Assembly: GCF_009914755.1 (NCBI RefSeq)
Contig: NC_060933.1
Reading direction: 5' to 3' (one strand)
Length of the DNA: 64,000 nt
DNA from: the human T2T-CHM13v2.0 reference genome, Homo sapiens
The stretch's first letter is position 1. Every line of letters begins with the position of its first letter. The notes under the pieces were generated by a model that was not told the origin of the DNA, did no database searches, and worked only from the letters and a program-made list of their open reading frames with translations. Made by a program: the position numbers and the translations under genes. Positions 25,299-37,640 of this stretch are shown here, piece by piece.

Positions 25299-27728
25299 GA
25301 CTTGCTTCCAGTCTGGGCATTACCAATAACAGAAACAAAAGAGGCAGAATGGAGGGAGCCAGGGTTAAATATGAAGGTGACCTTGGTGCACGCAGATGGG
25401 AGATAGTGCATGCAAAATTACCTTGAGGTCCCCCACTGGAGTTTGAATAAACTAAGAATTCTTCTTTTTGTTTGTCCCCCTTTAATACCAGGGATGGTTT
25501 ACCACCACTAATTCTGGTCCCAGGACCCAAAGTGACCAGAGGGCTTTGGTGGACACCATCACCCCCTAGTGGTAGCTCCACACTCCCCACTATTGGCAGA
25601 GTTTGGCATTTACCAACTTTGCATGCTCAGCTGTGGCACTGGCCATGTCCGTATCCCCTGAACTGATAAGCTGATAGTGAAAGCTGCCCAACTCGCCAGA
25701 GACAAACGTTAGGCAGGATGTTTAAAAGTCTGGGGATGGGATGGGGCTGCCTTGGGACACTAGAAAGAGATGGCCATAAATGTCTCATAGTATCAGCCCC
25801 AACCCCACCCCTACCACCACCCCCACCTCACCCCTCCCCCCCCAACCCCCAGCGGGCACCAACTCTCATTTCCGGCCAGCTAGGCCCTCCCAGAACTCAT
25901 TGTGCACTCTGTGTTTACACACAAACAGTGGAAGACCAACACAAATAAAAATCCCACGTCTCCCTACACAGCTCCTGCTATACCGAGCCATCTGGTGACT
26001 ACCTCGCTAGCCAAATCCCCGTTGAGAGCGCCTAAAGCTGCCAGCCCAGGGCGCTAGGGGGAAAAGGAGGAGGCAAGAACCCAATCCCCCGCATGCATCC
26101 AAAAGGCTCAGCGCTGCCAAGGAGGCCAGCCCCGTGCTCTCCAAGGGGCAGAGGGTCCCAAGCTGCCAGGCTCAGGGACCGTGCATCAGAGGAGGGGGAA
26201 GTCTCCATGTGCAGGTTGTTGCCAGGAGACTCTCAAGCAACACATGGGTCCTGGGGGAATCAAGACTTCTAATTCCTCGCTCAGGTCCTCACTCAGCTTG
26301 TCCCAGGCTCACAGGCACCCATCCTGTTTGAAAGCCAAAGTTAAAAATGGCAAAGATTGTCAGTTCCAGGAATCCCGGGGCACCTATACAGATGGTTGGA
26401 GCAGGTCCTCCATATCCTCGAAGACTTGAAATGCTCTGTGGTCCTCACTGCCAAGTCAGGCCATACCCAAGGACCGTCTCATCCCTTCACTTGAATGGCC
26501 GTTTGGGGGGCGGGAGGATTTCCACCCCTCATCTCTCAGAGTACCCCGGAGTAGAGAGATCTAAAGGATGAAGGGAGAAGGTCAGGAATGGAAGTGGTAG
26601 TGAAGGGATACCTTCTGTGTCTCTAGAAAGACCCTTCCCCACGGGGAGGTGGCAAGAGCCAGCTGTGAGCCTGAGGTTAGTCCGGCGGCGCTCTAAGGAA
26701 CACCACCTCCACCCTCCTTCCCTTTCTCGGACATGGGCAGCCCCACAGGTGCACGTGGGAAGAGCTACTGGTTTGTGTGTGTCTGTGTGTGTGTGCTTGG
26801 TGCGTCGCACCCCAGAAGCGCCGCCGCGGGGAGTCCCCGAGGAACCTGCAGGACGCTCCGCTGCCTCTCCTCCCGGAACGCTCGGCACGCTCAGGTTACA
26901 GCCTGCGAGGGTGGGTACAGGGGCTCGACCCCCGAGGTTCAAGCTCAGAGCGGGAGAACCACTGGCACTCGCTCAAATCCCCAGAGGTGGTAGCATGAAA
27001 GGATGGGGAGTGGGTCACAAAAATACTTTTAACAATATCAGGGCTACCAGGAGAGTGGAGCGTAGTCCGCTGATTATTCTGTGGGTCTTTTCAGGCGAGC
27101 AAGGAGTTAACCTCGGAAGTTCAGGGATCGTAAAGGTTCTCACCTGGAAGGCCCCTCACCTGCGGTGCCCGAGGCGGATCCCGCCGAGGAAAAGACCCGG
27201 GGAAGAAGAGCTCCGGGTCTGGGCGAGCCCCTGGCGCCTCACGGGCGCTGTTGTTGGCCAGACTCCGACAACCAATAAGGCCCCGCGCCCCCAAGAGGGG
27301 AGGGGAGAGCGAGCAAGCAGCGAGCGCGGGAGAGCTAAGGGGAACAACATTTTTGTAAACGCTCTCCGAGATAATTAAGCTATCAATTACCCGGGTGGGA
27401 AATCAGCTGCGCTTCCCACAGCTCCACTGAAGGGCCGACTCCTCCGGGATTCGCGCAGGGAACCAGCAGGCAGCAAGCTGCTGGCGAACTTTTCTGATTA
27501 ACTTTTCCGTTGGAGCCCCCCACCCACACCCATCTCCTCTCCTCTCCTTTTTCTTGCCTTTAAGTAATTATTATTAGCCCAGGGAGTGAGCTGCAAGGAC
27601 AAACCGGCTCTCTGCCTGGAGGTGGGTAGAAAGGGAAGGCGGTAACGGGGGTAGAGGGAGGCTCTAAACGTGGAGACCTCGGAGTCGGAATCCCAGTTCT
27701 CAGCAACCACTCAAGTCTCTCCAGCCCT

Positions 27729-27830
27729 ATTTCACAGATGGCCAGAACTGAGGCTCAGAGAAGGGAAGCGACTTGGCCAAGGTCACTCAGCCCATGCGGA
27801 AGCCACGCTTTTGCGGGTTGAGCGATTCCA
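27729..27830. mobile_element. MIR fragment inside the CpG island
   Basis: atttcacagatggccagaactgaggctcagagaagggaagcgacttggccaaggtcac. Confidence 0.8.
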
Positions 27831-28323
27831 CACGGAACTACTCCATTCCTACTCTCATGAAAATCCATCTGGAAGGGCAGAACCCGCAACTCCGAGGCGA
27901 GAGCGAGGGGGCGGTGACGGCGGGTGGCCAGTGACGGTACCCGGAGAAGTGGGAGGCTCGACCTGAAACTGGCTTAGGATCTGGGATGCTCCGGCCCCTA
28001 GCCAGAGCACCTTCAGTGAATGGGGTCTCCGGCTTCCGGGATGGATCAAGCAGAGCTCCAGGTCGGGACTGAGAGGCAGAGGGGCAGGTTCCCACTGCGG
28101 GAGGGTTGGCACGCCCCCAGGCTCCCGCCGCGCGCTCTCCAGGACCTCCTCCCACATGCTCGTTTCCAACCACCTGTGCGACCTCTGGGCCCCTCCTCTA
28201 CCCTCTGCCAACCCCACTCGGGGCAGCCCCGGGCAGGGATCCCCAGGGCGCCCCCACCCGTCCGGCATGACGCAGGGGCTCGGGGTTCCTTGGGATCTAG
28301 CGCGTGCCGGCGCCCAGCCTTAC

Positions 28324-28765
28324 CCAGGGTGAAGAAGGGCAGCTCGGTGTTGTCCAGGTCGTCCTGCACCGCGATGCGCCCCGGCAGCTCGTTACGCACA
28401 AAGAGCAGGAGGCGCGACTCGGCGGCGGTGCCGGCAGAGCCAGGAGAGCCCGGGGACGCGGCGGCGGCGGCGGCTCCGGCCCCGGTCCCAGCCCCGGCCC
28501 CGGCGCGGGCGCCGCTCCAGCCGATGTCGCTCTCCCGCAGGGCGGGCAGTGTGGACACCGTGACGGTCTTCAGCCGGCACGGGCTGTCGGGCTCCCGCGA
28601 GGCAGCGGCGGTGGCGCCGGCCAGCAGCGGCGGCGGCGGCAGCAGGAGCAGGAACAGCAGCAGCAGCGGCAGCAGTGGCGGCGGCCCCGGGTGGAAGCAG
28701 AGCCTCGGCCGCCCCCGGAGCCCCGAGCCGGGGCCGGGGCTGAGCCGGGCGCCGGCGGCGGCCAT
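28324..28765 (-). CDS. ASTN2: Astrotactin-2 coding exon 1 (signal peptide + N-terminal region, 147 codons + 1 nt)
   Basis: Translation MAAAGARLSPGPGSGLRGRPRLCFHPGPPPLLPLLLLFLLLLPPPPLLAGATAAASREPDSPCRLKTVTVSTLPALRESD...RLLLFVRNELPGRIAVQDDLDNTELPFFTL recognised as the ASTN2 N-terminus; ATG at 28765 in strong Kozak context (cccgccATGG); donor CTGG|GTAAGG with GT at 28323-28322. Confidence 0.97.
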
Positions 28766-28900
28766 GGCGGGAGGGGCTGCGGTGCTGCGGGCGGCGGCGG
28801 CGGTGGCGGCGGTGGCGAAGGAGGAAGAGGAGGCAGCTGCGGAGACGGCGGACGCCGAAGCGAACCAGGACGCCCGAGCTAAGGAGCGGAGAGAGCCGCT
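28766..28900 (-). other. ASTN2: ASTN2 5' UTR (TSS approximate)
   Basis: GC-rich, ATG-free sequence directly upstream of the start codon; exact TSS cannot be read from sequence. Confidence 0.6.
28791..28817. repeat. Interrupted (GCG)n repeat in the 5' UTR
   Basis: gcggcggcggcggtggcggcggtggcg. Confidence 0.85.
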
Positions 28901-31344
28901 CGCCAGCAGCCCCCAGCTCCGGGCTCCGCCTCCCGATCGGCCCTGGACCGCCCCCCCGCGCCGCCTCCCGGGGCCCAGCCGCCCGTCCCCGATCTCCGGC
29001 TCCCCCCGCAGACCCCGAGCGTTTCGGAGGCTCCGCCCGGCCTCGTGCAAGTCCCAGTGGCTCCCTCCCCTTTCCCAAGATCCCCCAATTCCGCCCTCAC
29101 AGCATTCTTTAGCCACAACACCCCTCCCTAAACTCCCAAAATTCCTAATACTTAGGGCCCCCTCGGGCCCCCCCAAGCCCCCCTGACTCAACCCAGTTCT
29201 CCTGGCTTCACCCCACCTTCGGCTCAACCCAGAGGCTGCACCTGGGGGCGCGCCTTGGCCCAGCCTTGCTCAAGGCCCCGCCTTCTTGGGGATAGGGAGC
29301 CCCCTGGATAGCCAAGACTTAACTTTGTCTCCCCTCAGGCCCAAGAACAAGTCCTTTCTCCAATCTCCTACCCTTTTCTAGTCTCTGAAATAACTTCCTG
29401 TAGCCTCAGAGCCCCCTTCCCACCCACTTGGCCACAACTCCTGCATTCATTCTCCCACTGCCCGCAAACCTTCCTCTCCCCTCCATCCAGGCCTTGTGCT
29501 AGCACTAATTGCTAATGGACAGAGGGGCGTCGAACTCCACCGTCTAACGCCGACCCCACAACTGACTGAAGCCGGGCTGTTCTGGCCCCCTAGCTGCCGC
29601 CCTGCAAGCCAGCCCACTCACGCTTTTTTATTTTGGATCCCTGCTCCCAGCTTGGAGCAGCTCTACTTGGCTGCTTCTGCTCTCTGTGTGAAATTCCTGA
29701 AAAGGGTGTGAGGTAGAGACCTACTATTCTGTCTGTCCTTGGCTCCCGGGTCTTTTAGATCCTCTGCCCAAGTCCCAGAGAACGGGAGTGCTCACCAATT
29801 CTTCACCTGCAGTCTTTCTAGACTCAAGTTGAGCTAGGTCCTCAGATTCAGCACCCTTTGGTCTTGGGCTGACTCTGTCTCTGACCCACATACCTGAGAC
29901 CCTCCAGGGAGCGGACACCTCTGCATGGGTCAAGTGCCGTGCAGCCCCTTCCCCACTCCCCTACTTTTCTTCATCTTCCCTGTCTCTGTTTTCTGTTTCA
30001 TCTCTCCATTCATTTCCTTCCTTCTCATCTTGACTTTAATCTTACAAATGCTTCTTTCCTATAATTTGTGAGCAACTTCTCATCTCTGTCTAGCTTACCC
30101 ATCTGCACCTTTTGTGCTGTCTCTATGCATTCACTTTTCTCTTAGCTCTTCCCTCTTCTGTCTCATTCCCCTTTTCTATCTTTAACCCTTCATATAAATT
30201 GCTTTTCTCCTCTCTCATCATATATTTTTTAATAACGTTGGATAAAGGCAGAGCACTGAAAATAAGGAAAAAAGCAAAAGCTGTTTTGCGACCTTGGACT
30301 TAATGTGTTTAAAGCATTCTCCAAATGCTAGACATGTACGTATGTTAGCTTTTTTACATGACCATAATCCAAAAAGATGGATATTATGATTCCCATTTTC
30401 CATGTGAGGAAACTGAGATCAGGTGGTCAGGGAGGTGAAGGGATTTTCCAAGGTCGTATAGCAAATGAGCTGAAGAGCTGAGGTTTGAACAGTAGGCTTC
30501 AAGCCTTGACTGTTTCCCTTAAATTACACTGTCCTCAGTGACCTTGGAAAACCCCACCCATCAAAGATGCTGTAAAAGGTAAATCTGCATAAGCACAGTT
30601 GGATCTACTTCCCTGTGAGGTTTGTAAGGTATACTTCTCCTGTCTCAGTTTACTAATCTGTGAACCCAAAGGATGTGTGGAGGTTGGGGTGGAATCTGGC
30701 CTTTCAAGTCCTCTAATTCTAAATGGTCTCCTGCCTCTCTGATGCCTGCTCTAGTTCATTTACTCCTCCAAAATATGTCACCCTGCCTCCCTCAGTCTCT
30801 CCTTTGTGTCCTTACAATCCGCCACTATCCACCGCAATGGGGCTTTCTGATTCTCTATGCCCCTTTCTTCAAATATGCTGACATAGTCCATTTACAGAAG
30901 AGCACACCAGGAAAAAAGGGCTCCCTTATGTAAGGCAGAGTCTGTGCAAGTCCTTCATGGACCTCTAGTACAAAGGCCTGTCAAATGAGACCAACACTTT
31001 CATTCATTCATTCATTCATCACCAAATATTCAGGGTGCCTACCAGGTGCTATATGGAGATGCAGGGATGGATAAACACAACTCCTGCCTTTGGAAAGCTT
31101 ATAATGATTGGGGTGAGGGGGTGGGATGCCGGAAAGAGACAGGCACATAAATATCTCAGGTAATGGGCAGGCAGGCAGACATGTGTTTCCTAAGATGAGG
31201 TACTTGGAGAAATCAAAGAAAGCTTCCCAGAGGCGGTGGCTTTGGAATTGAACCATAAAGATTAGTAACAAGGGAGTGGGCATTCTAGGTTAAAGTTGGC
31301 ATTTGGCATTCTTTGCAACTGCTTAGTAAATGAATAAATCCCTT

Positions 31345-31870
31345 TCCTACATCAGAGAATGTTTTATCTTTTAAGGCACAGCCCACCTCCCATGAAGAAG
31401 CTAACATTTCTGGATACTTTCTCAGCCTCCACTGCAGCTAGAGCTTGGGCACATGACCCAGGCTTCACCAGTTAGATTCACCCACCCCAGATGCTGAAAA
31501 ATAAGCCGGAATCAGGCAGAATCCAGTGGCGGCTAAAAGGGCAATAGTTGGGGCAGTTACATCCAGGTGTCTCTGCTAGTCGAAAAGGTTCTAATAGCAC
31601 TGTTTGGAGCCCAGTGATATCAATGTCAACAGTGTGAAGTGCCTTTTATTTATGCTTGGCTGCAGCTGAAACATATCTTCACCCATACAGTTCTGTGCTA
31701 TGATTTGGAGTGGTGCTCTTGACTTCATGCACTTTAAACCCAGATCCCATGCCTTTCTGGAGATTCTAAGGAATCTAATAATCACTTAACTGAATTCTGA
31801 ATTCTCTTTCTGCTTAAATTATTCAGGATTGCTTTCTGTTGCTTGCAACTGAAACACCTGGCTGAGAACA
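31345..31870. mobile_element. LTR33-like ERVL LTR
   Basis: cagcctccactgcagctagagcttgggcacatgacccagg...gctttctgttgcttgcaact. Confidence 0.65.
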
Positions 31871-34352
31871 CAGAATGTGGAAACAAAGGGAGGGCAGAGA
31901 CAGCAAGGTGTATGATGGGAAATGAAGCTCAGTGAGGGGGAGAGGGAGTAACTGAAGACAAGACAGAAAAGGCAGACAAGGAGTACCAACTTTATATCAC
32001 AGACAGTGTCAAATCTGGAATGTCCACAGGAAATGACTTATACTTCTGAACACATGCTCTGTGATCCAAAACTTTTTGTAGCATATCAATGAATGATGAT
32101 AACAACTGTTGCCTTATGGTGGTTGTGAGGCTTTAGAAATAATTATACAAAGCATTTAACACATAATAGCTGCTCAATAAATTATAACTACTGCTTTGAT
32201 GTATAATCTCAGCAACATTTGGAGCAAGGCTTTTTATCCCTATTTTATAGGTATGAAATCGGAGGCTCAGGGAAGCTGAGAAACTTGATTTTGGTCATGG
32301 AGTTATCAAGTGGTGAAATACAAGAATGCCTGGCTCCCAAATCTTTGCTCTGTCTGTCACAGAATGCCCCTCCTGGCCTCAGCCCTTTGCATGCAACTTA
32401 TTCCCAGTATACTATAACTTCCCTACTCATACTCGAGTCCCCTGTCCTATGACCACCACTTTTCTCCCTCTCAGCCCCTCACACTCCTTCTCCTTTCCCC
32501 TCTTTGTTCAGTTATATTTCATTATTGATTCAATTCTTTCTCTTTTACAGTCCCCTGTACTCCCATCTTTGACTCCACTGATACAAAATTTTTTTCATTC
32601 TAACTCCTTTCCAGTCTTTCTAGCAAATACTTCCTCTTCTTTCATCTTTCATATTTGCCTTTCTAGGTAGTTTTGAAATATTTTTTCTTTCCTGCTTCCC
32701 CCTTCTCCATACTCTACTCTGTTTTAAAAATCCCTTGTATTTATGCCACCTGACTGAGGCATCCTAATGTAGTTGAAAAAGCCAGAGGCCCAAGAGGCTG
32801 GTTGATTTTCGTTTAGAAATCATCTTTGCTATTTCTCTATGGAGTCAAGTCACTTTATAGTTCCTACTAGGTCTTTTCTTTTCTCATTTGTGAAATGGGG
32901 AAAGTAGTACCCACTTCTCAGGATCACTGTGTGAATTAAATGAGATGATGTGTATGAAACTGTCTAGCACATATGAGGCTCTCTTGAATGTTGTAAGTAA
33001 ATCCAATCATCTTACGGATCTCACCCACTGTTTTCCACTCCAGCCTCATGTCCCATAATCCCCACCACCACCACTTGATTCCAACCATATTGATCTCTTT
33101 TCTGTTCCCGAAATACTTCAAGCTCTTGTTGCCCCAGCATCTTCAAACGGACTCTTTCTTCTGCCTGGAGAGACCTCCCTCCGTCTTCACTAGCTATCTT
33201 TTGCTAGTCTATAAGTTTTGCTAATCAAAGCACTTTCCCTAACGTGACCACCCACCCAGCCTAAGTTAGCCTCTTGCTGTACTTTCTGTTACATCCTTTC
33301 ATATTTCTTTATAACCATTTTAATTGTACTCATTCCATATTTCAATAATTGTCCATTTATTAGAGCATTTTCTTGGTGCGTATGTTCCTTACTAGATTGG
33401 GAGCTGCCAGATATCAAAGACCAACTATGTCTTGCTTACCGCAGTGTGCACACCAGCTAGTACAGTAACCTACATAGGGTAGAGATGCAAAATAAGTATT
33501 TTGCCAATGAACCATCACATATTTATTGAATTTTTACTGAGACAGGCACTGTTTTCGCATTAGCTGCACTTTCACAGAGAATATAATTTAAATTTTACAA
33601 CAAAAACCTTCCCCCATCCTCCGTCTGTCAATTCTTCCTTCCCTTCTTCCTTTCCTTTCCTTCTTTCCTTCCATCCTCCCTTCTCAGCTTCCCATGATTC
33701 AAGTAATTCTTTTTAACAGTCTTTCTTCTTAAGCCTCCAGATGATCTCTAGAACATAAATAAACTCTAATTGAGGAAAAGAGAGTGCCATCTTCTGCTCC
33801 ATCTCTGCTCTATCTAAGCTCAATCTTCCATCAATCCTTTTCCTGTCCACGAATCTCCACCATTTGTTTTCTCTTGTTCAATCACTGCCTTCTCCGTAAC
33901 TCATATTGTCCTTTTAATCGTGCTTTGCTCTCTGCAGCATGTTGACTCCATTTATCACTCAGCGTATCCCATTTCTCTTCATTCCCTTCAGTCACCTTGC
34001 TCTAGACACTCTCTTGACCTGAGTTCTGCCAACCTCTTAGCATCTTGACCTATGCCGAACTCAGCACCGTCATCTAGTTTGGCATCAGTGACAAAACTAA
34101 GGTCAATCCTGAAGCTTTTATTTTTATTGTTGCAGGATCCAAAATACACTGCTGTAAATATGGTTATCACTGTTATTTAATTCTTTGAAACCTTCTGGTG
34201 AGTTAAGTTCAAGTTATTTTCTCTACCACTTACTAGTTTGCTGATTTTTAATGAGACTCATAACCTCTTTTAGACTTAATTTCCTCACCTATAAATGGAG
34301 GTAATGGGAAGGCTGAATGAGCCAGCAGGTGTAAATGAAAGTATCTAGTGCT

Positions 34353-34722
<370 letters not shown>

Positions 34723-36939
34723 TCATCAGTACTAGTAGCTACTTTCCACCTCCAAATGTCTATTTATTTGGTCCTTCTGTGACCTCTGTCTCTTTGCATT
34801 CATCTCTCCACTTCTCATTTCCATTTTCAGAACATTTCCACTATGTCTCATTTAGAGCAAACTTTTACCATTGTCTCTAACTTCTCTTTCGTGAAAAATG
34901 AAAGAATATTTTAATCACCATTGTCGTTCTTCATTTCCACTTGCATCTGTTTGACTGATTTCTGCTTCAACCCAGCACTTCTCTGACTCTTTCCCTTAAC
35001 AATTCTCAAATTTATTATCTTTTTTCTCCAGCTCATACCTTTCACTACCTCCCACTTTGTCTGTCCCCGGTCCTCTAAATCAACCCCTTCTTGTTCTGTG
35101 ATTTACTGCCTTCATTTCATATCCTTTTATAGTCAAAATCCTCACAATACTCCTAAAAGTCTCTTTCCTCACTCATTCTTTTGCATTTTCTTTCTCAAGT
35201 CCACTCAAGTTTAATTCATCTTCATCATTCATTTGCTTGTACCCAAATCTCTGTACCTTTTTGCCTACTTAATCATTTAACCTATTCGAGTTTCCTTTTG
35301 CTTCTGTTACACTGTCATCTTTCATCTTTAACACATATTAATGAGCAATGTTTCTTTGGACTTTTTCTTCATACAAATTCTAATGCTGGTGTATTTTCAG
35401 GATCCTCTTCCTGGGTCCCACTAACTTTAATTCTTTTCTGGAATCTTTTCTCTGGGAATCTGCTTTAGTTAGAAAAAAAAGAAAAAAAAAGGCCTGCAGG
35501 ATCTGCTCTGTATTTATTCAAGCTATGCTGCTATCGTGGTGGATTCAAATGTATATTACTGGTGAAAAGTGTAAGCTTTATTCTCTTCTATAGAGTACTA
35601 GGTCATTCTCCTTTCTGCAGCACACTATTTTTATTATTATTATTACATTTTGAACTGGTCAAGGCGATATCAGCCTAGATTCACTGTTTCCGTAACATTT
35701 ACTGAACACCTACTGTGTGTTAAACACAAGCTATTTTTTTTTTCTTATTTAATGTTTGCAAGCCTGTGAATTTGGGATTTTTAATTCTTGTTTTACATGT
35801 GAAGCATAGGGAACACATAGAGAATGCACGGCCTGCAATATGTTGGCAATTTATATCTAATAAAGTCCTTTTAACTTTTTTGAGTGAGACAGTAAAGTGT
35901 AAGAGTTAAGAGTTGCATACTTTATAACAGGGATAGTGACAACCACTTTGGAGGAGTGTTATTTAATATTTGTCTTCCCTCCTAAATTATAGTTTCCAGA
36001 AGGGCAGAAATTCTATCATTCTTGTTCTCTGCTCTCTTGTATATATTAGGCCATCAATGATTATTGTTGAATAAAGAAGTAGATAAATGAATGTATGCTA
36101 AAAGTACAATTTTTTGCATAAGACAACACTGGCTTTGAATTTCAGCTTTGCCATGTAACAAATTTGTGACCTTGAACATACTAGGGAGAAAGCAGATATC
36201 TTGTAACAGTCTGCATCTTTAAACTTTGTTGATATATGTCGTCCTATACATGTTGTTTTTAATTTTTATGCAATATTTTTTAGCAATACTCAGAGCCAGG
36301 AAAGCCAAGGTTCAAATCCCAGTTCTCCCACTTCCTAGCTTTAATGCCTTAGGCAAGTTATCTATCTCTTCAAGTATCACTTCTTCATCTATAAAATGGA
36401 AATGATACTACCTCTCTACTATACTCATGGGCAGGTGCCAGTGTAGTTGATGATCTGGAATGAACACACGAGAATGCCTGATTTCAAGTACTCTGTACTT
36501 TTTACTACACAAGAATTCTCGTTGCCCTGACTTCCAGCTTTAAAGACTGCTCTCCTTGTTTCTCCCACTATCTTAAGAGCTTTATATAAACTTAACTCCC
36601 AGGACTATGCCTGGATGTTTCTCAAGGAAGCAGAGGCCATCTCCCACTCCTGACCCAGATACCAAGCTCTATTTGATGACTATTGTATGATAATCCACAG
36701 ACTCAGCAAAGCTGGGGCTCTGCAGGTTCCCTGTGACTCCTGAAGCTTCAGCCTCACTCCATCTAATTCTAAGAGGCTTTCAGAGAAATCTGTGGAAAGT
36801 TATGGGAAGTCCCTCTGTTCCTCCTCCCAGATCTAGGGCATTTATTTTTTAAAACTAAGGCTGTGGTCTACAGAGAAAAAAAAATCTAAATTCAAAAGAG
36901 CACTCTCTCTTTTCTCACTCCTTCCCTCCCTCTCATTTT

Positions 36940-37640
36940 TTCATCCTCTCTTCTTCATGGAATATTGGGGAATACTATTTTCCAGGCATGTGGATAACAA
37001 TGATGAACAAGACTGAAAATGATCCCTGCACTCATGAAGCTTACAGTCTAATCAAGAGATAGACAAATACAAATATCAAAAATAAATATATGATTAGAAG
37101 TTTTTAAATACGTTATGCTGAAAAGGTATATGGTTCTATAAAACAGAATAATGAGAGAGGTCTTCATTTATATTTTGGGGCTAGGTAATGTATCTCTGAA
37201 AAAGTCACAATTTATTAGAAACAAAGACAGATGAATAGGAATTGTTATGGCAAAGGAGGATTCCCACGGGAATTCAAGGCAGAGGGAGCTGCAGGCGTGA
37301 AAGGCTGTTAGAGAAAATGTGGCAAGTTCTAGGAACCAAACATTTAAAGTCAGTATGTCGGGACAGTTGAGAGGGAAGACTAGAAAAGAATGAAGTGAGT
37401 CTTAGAAAGTTAGTTTGGCTGAAGCTATTCAGGCTTATGTAGGCCATGATAAGGAGTTTGGATGTAATTCTAATTTAAGTGGAAAGCTATGGACAATTTT
37501 AAGAAAGAGAATGACATAATCAGAACTACATTTTTTAAGCATTACTTTGGATCTATGTAGAGGATGGATTGGTTTAGTGTGAGAGAGGATCAAGGAGTCT
37601 AACGTGGAGCCTATCACAGCTGTCCAGATGTGAACACATC
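36940..37640 (-). mobile_element. L2 fragment
   Basis: gatccctgcactcatgaagcttacagtcta...aggccatgataaggagtttgga. Confidence 0.8.

Larger units (their letters stand above)
26680..29300. promoter_or_regulatory. CpG island / TATA-less ASTN2 promoter with GC boxes
   Basis: Very high GC and CpG density; CCGCCC boxes at ~29033 and ~29091, related boxes at ~28924 and ~29277; runs of G on the minus strand 28940-29190; no TATA box. Confidence 0.92.

Noticed and set aside
26617-27378. 253-aa plus-strand ORF
   Set aside because: Non-ATG start, crosses a TG repeat, stop depletion expected from GC content
28046-28323. C-terminal part of the 393-aa minus ORF
   Set aside because: Read-through past the GTAAG donor into intron 1
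28020-29186. 388-aa plus-strand ORF and other overlapping ORFs at the CpG island
   Set aside because: Antisense/alternative-frame shadows of GC-rich ASTN2 exon 1; low complexity, no recognisable domain
29848-29868. Possible REST/RE1 sites (also ~24812 and ~61802)
   Set aside because: Only the TTCAGCAC(C) half is present; the GGACAG half is missing or mismatched
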